Assembly (NCBI RefSeq): GCF_021869535.1 | Contig: NW_026262701.1 | Coordinates: forward strand, 37,696,001-37,760,000 | From: Mytilus californianus | Lineage: Eukaryota | Direction: 5' to 3' | DNA: 64,000 bases | Shown here: one piece after another, positions 1-14,119 of the stretch | Position numbering within the stretch: position 1 is the first letter of the stretch | How the letters are laid out: each line of letters opens with the position of its first letter | The notes under the pieces: generated by a model | Seen by the model: only the letters and a program-made list of their open reading frames with translations | What the model was told of the DNA's origin: nothing | Databases searched by the model: none | Translations under genes and position numbers: made by a program

Positions 1-1481
1 TTTTGTAATGTTTTCCCCCACTTCCCCCTTTTTTAAACCCCTGATATCCAGCATCCCTACTTTTTTACCCCCTATATCACACATACCCATTTATTTTACA
101 TCCTATATCCCGCATTCCCACTTTTTTACCGCCTATATTCCACATCTCAAAAGCATGTTAAACAGCTCATATATACTGATGGATTTAAACATTCAAATAG
201 TGGCAAAAGTATATTTGCGTATGTAATACTGTAACAGTCAAATATTACACATAAAGGCAACCACCCTTGGGCAGAAAAAACTGACCTTTTGAAAGAAGTG
301 ACCTTTAATTGAGGTTCAAAATGAATAAATATTACTACAGAAGAGGACGACCCCTTCTGTGGCCTGTCAATTACGAAATTTTCAAACTGCAGTAGTATCA
401 AAACAGCAAATATAATGAATAAAAGAGATGGACCATTTTGTACATATGTCAAGGGGAAACTTCGTGTAAAGCATTATTATTTAGAGTTTAATTGCATTTA
501 GTAGAAAAAGAGAATTTGTTGAAAATAAAACCAAGATTTTTGTAGAAAATCCACAGGCTTTAATACAGAATTTTGTTATAAAATTTTAAACATAGATTAC
601 TCACTTGTTTTTTCTATAATCAGCTAGCGTTTATTGTTTACAAAAAGTTCTAAACAACCTTTAAATTCCAAAACACCTCGTGCTGGGTCAATAAAGTCGA
701 GCGCACCCTAAAAGGTGTACTTGAATTGGTCCATATTTATATTTGTTTTAACCAATATCTGAATTTATAAACTTATTTTAAAGGAATTATTGCTAGCACT
801 GCATGCAATAATCCTGTATCTATCAAGCATCTAATTGTCAAATATGAGAGTACAAGCGGAAAGGCTGTGGATTTTCTATAAAATTTCCTTATGTTTAGCA
901 TTGAATCAACACAAGGGTACATAATCCTTAATAGAGGTGGCCTTTAACGCAGGTTTGACTAAGACTGATAAATCTGTCTCACGATAGTAGGTATCAAACC
1001 AGGGGACAGCACTCGTCAGTCTAATGTTTGACTGTACCTGAATTCAAAATTAAAAGAAGGATATAGATTAGAAAATTACTTTTCATTTTTTATATGTGAA
1101 CTTATTTTCGCTTAACTATAGATACAATATGTCCTACCTATAAACGTTGTTATATTTGTTGATTCATTATCCGAATTATGCAGGCAATACAGGGACCTTT
1201 ACCAAAGGTCAAAAACGTAATAATAAATTCATCATGGAAACCAGAATATCATTATCATTTTGAATATATTTTATAGTATAACACGATACTATAATCAGGT
1301 ACAGTCCAACTTAGAGCATTGAGTTGTTGCGCAGGACGTTAATACTCCCAACTAACTTAAAATGAGTTAGCAGACATACAAGCAAACATGCTGTTTATAG
1401 AACACATAGATTTAGATGCGATCCGTGAAAAATTATTACAGGGAAAAAGTGATGTTTAGAAATTTTAATAATATACAACTT

Positions 1482-1759
1482 CATCCATTTTTGCGCCTGT
1501 CCCAAGTCAGGAGACTCTGGCCTTTGTTAGTCTTGTATGTTTTTTAATTTTAGTTCATTTATATGTTTTGGAGTTTAGTGTGACGTCCATTTTCACTGAA
1601 CTAGCACACAATTTTATTTAGGGGCCAGCTGAGGACCACCTCCGGGTGCGGGATTTTCTCGCTGCATTGAAGACCCATTGGTGGCCTTCGGCTGTTGTCT
1701 GCTCTTTGGTCGGGTTGTTGTCTCTTTGACACATTCCCCATTTCCATTCTCAATTTTAT
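1482..1759 (-). mobile_element. Helentron-type non-autonomous repeat (related family)
   Basis: Contains the reverse complement of the shared core (gcctgtcccaagtcagga) and ends ttccccatttccattctcaattttat. Confidence 0.6.
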
Positions 1760-3384
1760 CACTTCAAAATGCGAAAGCCAGTCTAATCATACTCGACAAC
1801 TTCAAAAAGAAGCAATTATTGCTATTTTATGAAGTTTGGCCTGAGGACTTTGATCTGATTAATCTATCTATACTACTAAAATAACGAGGTCCAATTTGTT
1901 AGCCGGCATGACGTAAAAACGACGAATCAAAGAATTCAACTTTATATATAACTAATATGGGACAATGGTGTTGCTTTGAAACTAGTAACACCATTCCAGG
2001 CCCAGGAGAACCAGGAATTCTTCCAGTGGTTGTTTTATATCTATGTTACACTATAGTACACTATTAAACACGTCTGTTTTCGTCCACACCAATACCACTT
2101 AGTCTATTAATTTTGGTTAATAAGTTAAAAAATTAAATTTAGTTTATAGTAAGTTTATTGTAGTAAGACAACCAGGACACTCCAGTTTCAAACAGAAAGA
2201 TTTTGAAAGCAGAGAAAACTGAGCATCTTAAGCATGACTTTATCAGACGACAATCCGAAAACTAAATATCCATGCTTAAAATAAGGCATAGGTACTTTAA
2301 TTTGGTCATGGACCCGGGTGTGTTTTAGTATTATATAAGTTTGGACAATAATAGTATATATTTTATAAAGAACACCCAGCTATTAATTTTGAATGAACGA
2401 AAAAGTGATTTTGTAAATTGTTGCTTAGGAGTTTTCCCCTGTATTTCGAACTGTAATCATGTGTTTATAAATCTCTATATATTGAAAATAGTCTTGCGTT
2501 TAAAGCAACCAAAGTGTCAAATATCAACAAAACATACTTTAATGTAACCCACACGAACCTACGGGGTTATATAAACTTATTATGAATGGTTATCAATTAA
2601 ACACAGTGATAAGATCTTTGAAAATTGTTTTTATCGGTCAAAACGTTGATTTTGTTGTCCATTGTTAACATACACATAACAAAATATAATTTAGTGTGCT
2701 TTTTGTCAATCTGACAAGTCTATTGATAAAGCAAATTTATAGTTTGTTCTTGTGTTGTTCTGTTACATCACTGTCCCAGATTAGGGGAGTGTTATACGTC
2801 CGCAAATATGTTTGACCCAACCACATTCTGCATGCGTCTGTCACCGGAGCCGCTGTAGTTCAGCGGTTTTCTTTTGCTGCTGTATATCATACTACTGCTA
2901 TTTGTTTTTCGTATGTTGATTTGTACGTAAATCAAGCAAGATTTAGCCGATTACCATTAATGTAGTCAGCTTTAAATATTTTTCTCTTGTATATAAAAAT
3001 ACAAGGAAAAAAAATATGTATAAAATGGATCATATCTATATTAGAATGAATGTCTCACAAAAACAGTCATATTTTAGAATATTCACCAAAATAACAAGAC
3101 TTAGCCCAACCCCTTTCTTCTATAGGATATCAAACACATGTTGCGCCACCAAAACATTCTCCCTTGAATATAGTACGTGGAGAATCAACCTCAGTCAAAC
3201 ACAACGAAGTTTTTTGGTTGAATATTTATATCTACCGGGTATATAAAAAAAAAACCAATACCACAATGCTAATTTTAAAAATAGACAATATTTCACGAAT
3301 TCATCATTTTATATAGTTACATGTATAATCAAATATCATTAACGGCACGTGAATGCGTAACTATACCAGGAACATTTTTGTTCA

Positions 3385-3685
3385 AGAATCCGAGGCCTTG
3401 TGCTAAGAAAGTGTCACGCTCTCTGCACGTTAAGAACCATTGCAACAGACCTTTGAGGGGTAATTAGGTGGTCTGTTGCAAGGCAAAATTTCTGTTCCTA
3501 TCTAATATAGTTACCCTCATTTTGCAGTGACAGTTCCAATTTTTTACCGACCTTCATCCCAGACGGCTTCAAATACAAGACCCACCTAAAGTATTTATCT
3601 TAATTTGTTCTCGTCCTAAACATAAATGAAATATTTGCCACTGGATGTTAAGCAACCAACCAACAATCAATCAATCATTAATCAA
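3385..3685 (+). mobile_element. SINE fragment (conserved-domain type) with a gccactggatgttaagcaacc(aatc)n tail; related copies 6268-6580 and 21490-21685
   Basis: Shared gttaagaacc(c/a)ttgcaac...ggtgg...ggcaaaatttct block in all three copies; tandem AATC tail. Confidence 0.6.
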
Positions 3686-4412
3686 TGATAACATGACCTA
3701 TAATTATAAAAGTAGTTATGAATAGTAAATGTTATATTAATATGAATGTGTACCAATATAGACAACTAACATTCAGTCTCTCATAAATCATTTTTGTATG
3801 TTATATACTTGTTTATAAACACATTATAGTATGTAGCCGAAAGATCTAATGAATCTTTTTAATTGAAGACAAATTGTCACAAAACAACTGATTTATGGAA
3901 GGTCTAAAATACTTTGGATCTTGAAGATGCATACCAATAAATACCGTTGAAAAATCACCCTAAAAATACTTTGAAAATTTGACTCGTAATAAAATGCAAG
4001 AAAAATGATGAAAAAAGTAAACTTTATTTATATAAAAACCTTACACAAAATTTTATTTTTTAAGACTATTTAAGAATTAAAACCAAACTTTACATATAGA
4101 AAATTAATACTAAAACTAAAAATCAGAGACCATAATTAAAATATAGAAAACGGAAGACATTCTAATATTCCTAGAGAGCAGAGATTCAGCCTTAAATGTA
4201 ACATATTAGAAGATGTAAAACATTTTTTATTAGATTGTGAATTAAATAGGGAGCTGAGAAACATTTTTTTTGATAATTTGAAAATAAAATTTATATATGG
4301 CAATACAAGTTTGAATTTGAATTATAAGTCTATATGTTTTTAAATTTAAATTCAGTTTCCAAGAGTTGTATTATATCACGACTGGTTTCAATGATATTAA
4401 TTTCTCCCTGTA

Positions 4413-4665
4413 GCATGCTCCCCTCGAGTGCGGGAGGTTGTGGATACGAACCCCGGTTGGGTAAAATTGAAGACTTCGAAATACGTCTTTGCTGCCTCTC
4501 CGCTAGGCACGCTGGATTTAGGAGTAAGAGCATAGACTGGTCGACTCGGAGTCAGAATAATGTGTCTGCGTAGTCTGACATGTCTTCCTGTGGACTGTTT
4601 CCTTGTGAAAAGGCACGTTAAGAATCATGCTTAGTGTGTCGATTCAGTACAAAGCAGGGTTTATA
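4413..4665 (+). mobile_element. tRNA-derived SINE with a V-domain-like body
   Basis: B-box-like ggatacgaacccc, then tgctgcctctccgctaggcacgc...ggagtaagagc..gactggtcgactcggagtcagaataatgtgtc. The family match is from recollection. Confidence 0.6.
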
Positions 4666-7181
4666 CTCTGAGCATATCACATCATGATGATGCCCGAAAA
4701 GTGTAAACTATCATATCAAGGTATAAGTGTATATACATAATACACGTTCACCAGTGCTAATCCATTTCAGGAACATGATCTCACTATTTAAACGCTCACA
4801 TTCGGAAATGGTTACTATCATGCAGACAATTTAAGAATGACAATGATGCATTTGGATGGTCAAACTAGATGCATTTCTTTATGCTTTCAGTTGCTGACCT
4901 TGGGAAATATTACTTTTGTATTTTGCCAGGAAGAAAGCCCATTTTGCTAAACACCAAAACAGTTTTAGGTTTTCGAGTCATGATATGCTAGGTCTATACT
5001 CTGGGGAGGGGGCATTTTCTATATGATATGTGGTAGGGATCGCTGTAGTAGGTAACTGCATGTGTTTGTGTATGTGTGTGTGTGGGGGGGGGGGGTCTAA
5101 AAGTGGAAATAAAAAAAAACAAACTTTTCTATAGTCAAATAGTCTAGAAGTAATTCAGTTTTGCCCCTTGCTTCAACGTCCTTGAAGTCTAGCAGGCACT
5201 TAATTCAGTTTCTAAATTCAAGCAAACCAAACGATATTTCCCATAGACTTTAAATTTTCAATATCGCAAGTAGTCAATATAGATGTCTATGCATGTCAAT
5301 CTTTGATGTTAGGTTACCGACCCGCCGTCTTTGAACTAATTATCTCCTTATTCATATCTTAAATATTAGTATTTAGTATAATAGAATGTTTGGCTCCTTC
5401 CTCCTCCACTAACTGACATGTAACCAAACCCCCTTTTAATAGTTCCTTGATCTACTACTGATTAAACTAAGCTTCTGTAATTTACCTCTTCCGTTTGAAC
5501 AACTTGAAAAGACATATAAAACAATTGCTACTCTATAGATGGTAGAAATTACATGAATTTAATATGTTATGCATTGGTGGGGTCATTGCATAAATAAAAA
5601 ACAGTGAGTAAATTAGAAATATTCAAAACTAACCAATTAAAGAACAAAGGTCTACGCTATGAAGTTTTTAGGAAAAGGGCGACATACGTATACTGTTTAC
5701 ACAAACAAGAGTCACATGAGTATAGAATTATAATCCCATAAACTTCTCCAGTCTTGTAATGGAAAGGGTGTCTGCATTCATTAAATATATTATCCAGTCT
5801 TCAGACAGTGCAAAACACATTTTTATCTTTTTATTATCCCTTTTGACCCTCCATGCCCAAAGAACCTAGACAATTGATTACATTTACATGTTAAATACTA
5901 GTATGTTAACGTCTTAAATGTAGCTGAAATGTTTGATATTTGACTTGAAAAAGCAACTGCTAGTCGTCTATATGGAGGTAGGTTTTTTTTTTTTTTTTTA
6001 TTTATTTCCCAGCCATCAGATCTTGGGTATATCTGAGTAAACAGCATGTCAGTACTTTTATTATTTGTAATCAAGGCGTCGATTGCCTCAATTTTGACGA
6101 CAGACTTGAATTCAAAATAGTCTGTAAAGGTTATCCAAAGTTAACTAGCCGTTATACGTCAACACTGTTTAATCAAATGATGAAATTAAATTATGCACAT
6201 GAATTTATTCGAAAGACCATTTAAATTACTTTTCATCATAAACATCTTATTTATGAACTCCCAAGGATGATTGGTCACGTTGGTCTTCTTCCGACCGGCA
6301 GTAAAACCCTTGCCAAAGCGAGGAGACCGTGTGTCTGTGCGGGATGTACGCAGCCTCGTCCGGTCAGAATGGGGACGTTAAATCCGATGCCTCTTGGAAA
6401 GAGAGTGACACACATTAAGAACCCTTGCAACAACTCTTTGTGGGATCCGTAGGTGGCCTATGGATAGGCAAAATTTCTTACCCTAACCAATGTAGCAGTG
6501 GCAGTCCAAATTTCCACAACATTCATCCGAGACGGCCTTTATTACAGTACCTACCTATTGTATTAATTGTTTATTTGTTCTTGAACATGCATAAAATGTT
6601 GGTTAACATCGTTACAGATTAATAAGCGATACGTACTAGATGTTTCTTTCTTTTGGTTAAATTGTGTTGTTTTGTTGTAATGTTGTTTCGTTGACGTCTT
6701 TTTAAATGCAAAGCATGATCAAAACAATCCTGTGACAAATGTAAGAAAAGGGGTATTAAATTAACATAGAGCAATAATAGAAGGGTCATTGCATGTAGAT
6801 TTTATATTGCACGAGCTTGCAAGAATATATTCTACAAGGGACCATATTCACCAATATTCATGCAATAACCCTTTTATTGTATAGTAAAGTACTCACGGAT
6901 GACGTGGATAATTTGAAGTTGAAAAATATGCTATATTTGCACTAGTGCAATATCATAGAATAGTGTACGCGAATTTTCTGTAACGCTTTGTTGGAAATAT
7001 TACGCTGCTATACAAGAAAACAATTTACGTTTACATAATCATGTATTAAAAAGGATAGATTATAAACGATGTATGCTCTCTGGTTGCATTCAAATCAATC
7101 ACATATTAAGCACTCATTTACATGTTTACAGCTTCAATGCTGCATCAAGTATAACACCAAAAAGTGGCTCAAAGTTAGATT

Positions 7182-8167
7182 CTACATTGCAATCCAGTGC
7201 GGTAGATTATAGGTAGTAGAATTAAATACGTTGTCTAGTTTTGATCCTTTTCTAGGAAAATCTTTAAAATATATGGTTGTGCCGCCAATGAGCCATGCAG
7301 TCCACCAACCATAACTTCCGGTGGTAACTATAGTATGATTACAATGAGACAATATCGCCATGTCAACTTCCGGTGAATTTTTCTTGTTAATGAATGCTAT
7401 ATTTGATTCGTTAAAATGGTTTTTGCACCATGATATATCGTCTGACGAAAATATGAAAAAAGCATTTGAAAATTGTGATCGGAATTTTGTCATTGCATTA
7501 TTTATGTAGCTTTTATTTGCTGATGTATATCCATAATTAACAAAGTGTTGATTTTGAACAAAATCACCACGACGAACATGAACAGCGATAAAAGTATATG
7601 TGTTCACATTTGTAATGTTCCTTGACTTTATCATTTCTTGAAATTGTTTATTAGCTTCTGTTTGCACATTTTCTTGAAACTGGAATTCTCTTCTTATATC
7701 AATACTATTTTCACCAAAGTATATCCAACTTTGAAAGTAGCCTTTGAGTGTCCAGTTATATTTTGTATCAAGATTAAACACATTTTCCTCAAACATGTTT
7801 CCTTTTTTCTCCACGTAACGTTTTAAATTCACTAACGGTTTAACTGAAATAGCAGATATTTTGAAATGTTTCTTTAAATGACATCCCTCATCAACAATAG
7901 GTGTCATGTTATGATGTTTGGCGATACCATAAAGTGATGCATATTCAAACAGTAAGTTTCCGAGTCGCCCTAAAAATTCTACTGTAACATACTTCTTGGG
8001 TGGCCTTGGAATTGCATTTCCCTTGTTTGGTTCAGCAGAAAAAAAATTAGTTGTAATATTTGTTGATAAACTGTAGATAACATTTTGCTCGTTGCAGTTG
8101 TTTAAAATAACTACACAAAGTCCAAGCGTCAATATCAACATCAGAATATGCTTCGACCAACTTGCAG
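7182..8167 (-). CDS. FUT1/FUT2-like: GT11 galactoside alpha-1,2-fucosyltransferase, paralog 1, main coding exon (joins micro-exon 10441-10453; 332 aa)
   Basis: GT11 motifs GRLGNLLFEYA, GYFQSW, HVRRGD, FSSDDISWC and DMAILSHCNHTIVTTGSYGWWTAWL; N-terminal hydrophobic anchor ILMLILTLGLCVVIL; acceptor ttttttttcag|CTGCAAG at 8168/8167; TAG stop at 7182-7184. Confidence 0.93.
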
Positions 8168-8939
8168 CTGAAAAAAAATGCATAATCACTTTCTCTGTTT
8201 CAGTTTTTTTTTTAAGCAGTCAGCTGTCATAAATGCCTGGGTGTAATACAATAAAATTATAAACTGTTTAAGGAGACAGGGTCTACTATTTGGAAGAAGG
8301 TCTGGATTCTATGACCAGTCTCAAGCGAATTCAAAATTAACGGATTAATACTGCATAAGCAATGTTCTAAAACTCTATTAAATTGTTTCAAAAAGGTTTG
8401 TCATGCCTAAATGATAACGACGCATAAGCTGTTTAATTCATACAATATTCTATTAAATAATCTAAATTATGCAATATACGATCATATACTGTAAAAGAAA
8501 CAAGCAATATGGCTTTGTAACAGTGTCCTTAAAATAACGCCATACACATATAACTTTAAAGCATGATCTGTCAAATTGTGAAACTTTGTTTAATAATGTA
8601 AATAAGGGAAACCGAAACTTTTATATCACGGCGTTCTTTCATTGTTATTATGTACCAATTAAAAAAAGCGGAGGTCCCAAAGAAGACCCCTCTTGTTACC
8701 CCTTAATTTACTGGTATATCCGCAGGATTTGAACCTTTATTACCATTATTTTGGTTCTTCCTGATAGTTAATTTTCGAGCACTTCACTAAAGTACCAGAT
8801 AGATATAATATCTGTTCTTTGTAATTAGAAAAGAAGAAACGTTTGTCACAGTTAACTAGAAGTGCAAAAAAGGACAGCCTGAATTATGTAAAAGGAACAC
8901 GATATTTGAAAAAAAAACATCTATAGATTTAATAAAGAT

Positions 8940-9300
8940 ATATAAGAAGATGTGGTATTATTGCCAATAAGATAACTATTTAGAATAGAACAAATGACCG
9001 ATGTAGCCTTCAACAACGAACGAAACCAATACCGTTTGGTAAACTATAAAAGGCCCCGACATGACAAAATGAAAAACAATTTAAACGAAATAACCAACAG
9101 CCTGATTTATGAACAAAACAATAAAGGAAAAACAAATATGATATACAGTAACCGAAGTCAACCACTGAATAACAGGCTCCTGACTTGGGACAGGCACACA
9201 TAGATTGTGGCGGTGTTAACCTGGGACAGTGGTGTAGCAGCACAATATAAGAACAAACTGTAAAATTCAGTTGAAAAAGCTCGACTCATCAAAATATTGA
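8940..9300 (+). mobile_element. Helentron/DINE-1-like non-autonomous repeat (paralog ~29270-29610; other copies ~2720-2940 and ~20530-20880 in reverse)
   Basis: Shared blocks agatgtggtattattgccaat, ggctcctgacttgggacaggc and gggacagtggtgtagc recur at these sites. The family name is from recollection. Confidence 0.65.
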
Positions 9301-10440
9301 ATTAACTCTGAAATATGTGACTGTTCGCATGACTTATGGAGAATATAATATCACAACAGTTATACATGTGCAAATCAGTAAAACTATCTAGTATAAGTGT
9401 GCCCACAAATAGCAAACAATCAAACAATTATACTTTTAAAATTAGTTTTCCTGTAAATCAAAAAAGAATGAAAAAACTGCACCTTACAGGTCATTATATT
9501 TTAATGGTGTTATATTTACAGCTTTTTATCATGTTTTAGTGCATGTATTATATATAATGATATATTGTTAAACATTTTCGATTTGTAGATTTGTTATGTT
9601 TTAAATATGTAGTTTATATACCTTTATACGAAAGAGTCAAAATTGAAAATATGTGTAATGATTGATTGGTGTTTTAACGCCACTTTCAACACATTTGTGC
9701 TATTTCGTGGCGGTCAGTTTTTATTGGTGGAGGAAGGCGGAGTGCTCGGAGAGAACCACCGACTTTCGGAAGGAAATAATCCAAATTGATGTTCTCTATG
9801 TAAAAAGAGATAATAGTAGTAGTTATAGTATAATTTTGGGAAACATGACTTTTATGTCTCTTGGTTTACTGATGGTTTAATTCACGTATGCACCACGTCT
9901 TTTTGTTCCTAATCATATCAAATTCAAAATTCACACCAAGTGTGCAAATTTTTTTTTAAAAAGATACACGCTTGTGTAACACAAACTTTCTATCTATAAA
10001 AGAAGATACGGGGTTCATGTCGTCATTCAACAACTAAATGACACAAATAACCAAAAGATTTTTAGACTGGTCCACTTTATTAAGAAGCCTTTAACCCAAA
10101 AATATTTAGCCAGGCTGACAGCTTAAATTTTCACTGCATGTGAATTGAATCGATCTTAATATTCCGAGTTGTCTTAAAAATGAGCACGTTTTCAGGTCGA
10201 CTGTTACTTATTCTTTGTTCGGCGTGTCAGTCTGGTACACCCATCTTCATTTTCATAATACACAAATTTGTCTCGTCCTGAACACAGTCGAAAGAATGGT
10301 TACCTGTGGCAGTGAACGTAATACAAATAATGTGGACCATTCAACAGATATCATGAAACATATAGCAGTCTTTTTAAAATGAAACAAAAACAACATAATT
10401 GGCTTATATTGACAAAAAAGTTGTATAATATAAGGTTTAC

Positions 10441-10470
10441 CTTTGAGCTTCATGGAAAGTCTTTTCACAC
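10441..10470 (-). CDS. 30-nt micro-exon carrying the start codon of paralog 1 (ATG 10453-10451, MKLK plus G of a split Ala codon)
   Basis: ttacag|GTGTGAAAAGACTTTCCATGAAGCTCAAAG|gtaaac. The phase-1 donor matches the phase-1 acceptor at 8167 (G|CT = Ala); 13+986 = 999 nt open frame; conserved in paralog 2. Confidence 0.8.
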
Positions 10471-12684
10471 CTGTAATTCAAAATAAAAGTTAAATTAAAA
10501 TCCGTTTAATTCACAACAGTATTGCATCATTTCATACAGGAGATAACAGTTTTAGTATCCACACTTGATTGAATCGGGGTAGGGTGGATTATATATCGTA
10601 CGGATCTGAACATGAGTGCACGATAGCTCTGAATTAAAAGGATTTTAAATGAAAAGTTGGGATATTTATGTCACTGTGAATAGAAGGGCTGTATTATAAA
10701 GAGTTCCCATAGTATCAACATCCACTTTTAAATCAAAAGCAACAGGATAAATGGAAATGAATTGAGCGGCATACACTCCATGCACCGGTGCAGTTTAATG
10801 TTGCAACATAATGCAAAACTAATAATGGGAAGACTGACAAGTTTAATTGTCAACCGACCATAACTATCGATTTCTTTTTATAAATCAAGACACGAAGGAG
10901 ACATAACTGTATATATGGTTATACATTATTTGAAGCTCAATTTAAAAGAAGCGATCAACACAGCCACTAATCTTTAAATCATGAATATTTCAAGTTTGAA
11001 ATCCGAGTGAAGTTTCCACACAATAAAAGTACTATTATTAGTAAATACAATAATATTTATTGCTGTTATTAGTAACTCACATCGCTGCAAAAGAATATTA
11101 TCGTTTTTTCATGCTTCTGTGATAGCGATAATTTTGTAAATTGTGCATTTTCATTTGGAACTATTTAAAGAAGAGTAGTTTTCTTAAGTCTGATATTGTT
11201 GGACTTTCACTGACAAACTGCTCGGTCATAAAACGTCGTTATATTGTTATACTTATTATTATTTTATCGAAATCATTTGATTTGCAATATTTGTCCGTCA
11301 AAGTAATTTTATTAATATGTAACGATTTTTTATATAGCTAATTGTGTTATAAGTAATAATTAAGTGTCAGTATATTTTCACAAAGATGGAAATTTGTTTC
11401 AATATAATACTTTTGATAAATAATAGATAAAATCACAGCGTTACATAGTTCTTAAGTTTTCTTACGTAAAGAATAATTAATCCTTTAGTCATTTCAATCA
11501 GCGCTATGCAGCCTTAAACTCAAGCGACAAATGTTTGTTATATTCTTTTGTTAATCCTTTCAGTGCTAATTGTATGTTTTTTTTTCATAGTCATTCGATA
11601 ATCTCGTTCTATTATGAAATTCTAACCTAGCAAAATTCTTGATTTAAATATGATTTCTGAGGTTCTTACTTCAGTGAGAGGCAGACATTCGAACTGACAA
11701 CATCCGCCTAATTTGTAAAACTACATGTATTCCATCCTGAAATCATTAAATTGTTAACTACTGCATAGAACTTGTGTCTAATTCTTCCAGTGGAGTTAAA
11801 GCTAGTATTCTCAGGCAAGTAACCAGATCATAGTCATTGTCTATCGTTGGCATCGCCAACACCTGCAATCGGTCGTGGGATGCAGCTCGTTATCATCGTC
11901 AATCCAGTAGCCAGTCACCCGGTTACATTTAACTAAGAGGTCAAGTTTCAACGGAATAAATGCTAATAAGAAAACATCGAGGTAGTGTGACAATTTCGAT
12001 CCATAACAATATTTATATAAACTTAATTTCACACAACTCTTTAATCAAGTTTAATTTTTTAAATTATAGATACAGCTTATATTTTTCAGTTTCAAATAAT
12101 ATAGCTCATCGATAAATTATAAAATGCACAGGTAAGAAAACTATATGAACTAAGTTATAAATACATGCCAGTCATTGTCTTTCCTTCAGTTTGGTAATGT
12201 ATAAACGAAAATTGTTAGACTGTTTCTTAACCTGTACACCATTCTGTAGATATGGTAAGCGGACGATGATAATCTCTACATCTATATATTTCTGTTACAA
12301 CATGTCTCCAATCAACTTGGACATGAAGAAGAAACTTCATTCCTTCAGCATTGTAATCTGTAACGTTTTCTGCGAATTGTATCCAGGCTGAAATAAAAAC
12401 TACTGTGCATATTACTGCACCAAATCGTTTATGAGATGGGCGAAATATTCGGTATTTACAAGCGAGACATTTAATCTTTCTAAAAAACAATAAAGTTTTG
12501 AAGAGTTTTATATTCATAAATATGGATGAACCAATTGGGAATGGTTAAAAGTGCAAACATTTTGGCTACTAAAGTCAGCACATTGTATTCACTAAAATTC
12601 AAGACCAGATTTAATCTTATATAGTAAATTATTGGTGCACAGAGACTGCAATGACAGTCTAGTGAAATAGGACAGCAGTAGATA

Positions 12685-12760
12685 CTTACACTGAATATCC
12701 ATCCGGCCTGACTAAGTCATCGAGATCAGTTCTCAGAGTCCAATTAAGATTGTCTAAAAT
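12685..12760 (-). promoter_or_regulatory. Candidate 5' UTR exon donor of FUT paralog 1 (paralogous donor at 37067)
   Basis: atattcagt|GTAAGT at 12689 and atattcagg|GTAAGC at 37067, at aligned positions of the two blocks. The exon start/TSS cannot be located from sequence alone. Confidence 0.4.
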
Positions 12761-14119
12761 TTTGTGAAAATCGATAAAGAGAGCTGAACATCGCTCCCCT
12801 TTAACCAGATAGGACTCCCCAGACACCTTTATTTCCAAACGATACTGATTCTGTCCCTTAGAACAACTCTTGTATCTAAAACTTCAACCATCTACGGCGT
12901 CCCTACCCTGTATACATAGGATTTAAACCCGTCTCCGGCGTCTCCATCCTGTATACTCAGGACAAGGAAGTATAGACTTAACAATGTCGTCAGTTACAAC
13001 ACAGGTTTACGTTTATTGTTTCTATGACTAGTATCAACAGTATAGTGTATTATTGGAATCATTGAAGTATCATCATATAATCATATAATACTGACCGACT
13101 TCATACAAATATGGCTGTATGACGATTTTGAACACAAGATAATAATTGCTAATTTACTATTCTATTGTATCTTATACATACCTAAATAGTTGTTGTGTGT
13201 ATATACACGAATAGTCGATCCTCTCCTGTATAAATGGAATCGCTATTTACATTTGCTACAACATGAATAATGTTATTGATTGATTTCATAATTTTTTAAA
13301 AAATGTGTACATTACATATCTTTCATGTTCTGGCTGAAAACATATTGCGAAATGGAGCATATTGTATTTCTCGTTAAACCTATAAACTGTTTTTTAATAC
13401 CGAGTACAAAATGAATTTAGTAAGCGACTAAATGAGATATATACTATGTATGCATATCTGAACATTTTTGCATTTCCTTGTATAATTTTCCAGTTCTAGT
13501 ATCCTTAAAAGGTATTTTTTTTATTTTGGACCTTACTTTTGAACTGATTTTACGACAAAAATAAACAATTAATACGGAACGTGTGTGTGTGTGTTTGTAT
13601 ATTATACATCCCAAAATGTCAAAATGAAATATAACATCAAAAATGCATTATGTTATGTAACTAAATGTCAGCATACATGTAGAAAAAATAAGTACTTCTG
13701 TATATCAGCTGGAGAGAGGACGTATATAAGTATTAGAAAACTAGGAATTTTTGAGATATGGGTTTGAATATCCCTTTGGTATCGTTTCTCTTTTATGTAA
13801 CAACGCTGTTACGTAGATGAATGAAAACTAAATTTCGGTCAACAAATTATAAAGAAAGATACTGTTTACAGGTTGCCAAAAAATTAGTATTAAGTAACAA
13901 TAAAACTGAGAAATTGTACAATGAATACAATTAGCACTTTAAGATTGACAATGGATTACAATGGAAAAAACGGATTAATATCACTATAAGTATACATGAT
14001 CACACATGTCCTTGGACAAGAACTGAAATAAATGGACATTGAAAAGATTGTCACCATACGATAAAACATTTACGGATTAAAGCAGTAAATGAACTGCCTT
14101 GCGTAAATTACCTTAATCC

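Noticed and set aside
235-960. Tc1/mariner-like MITE
   Set aside because: Only a 7-bp terminal match (cagtcaaa / tttgact) and no clean TA TSD; insufficient support.
7182-8167. Horizontal transfer of a bacterial-like GT11 gene
   Set aside because: Spliceosomal introns, a type II membrane anchor and host-like composition; animals have native GT11 enzymes.
8168-8189. ORF-track start MIMHFFS for FUT paralog 1
   Set aside because: It lies in the polypyrimidine tract of the acceptor, has no in-frame equivalent in paralog 2, and the conserved micro-exon gives a better start.
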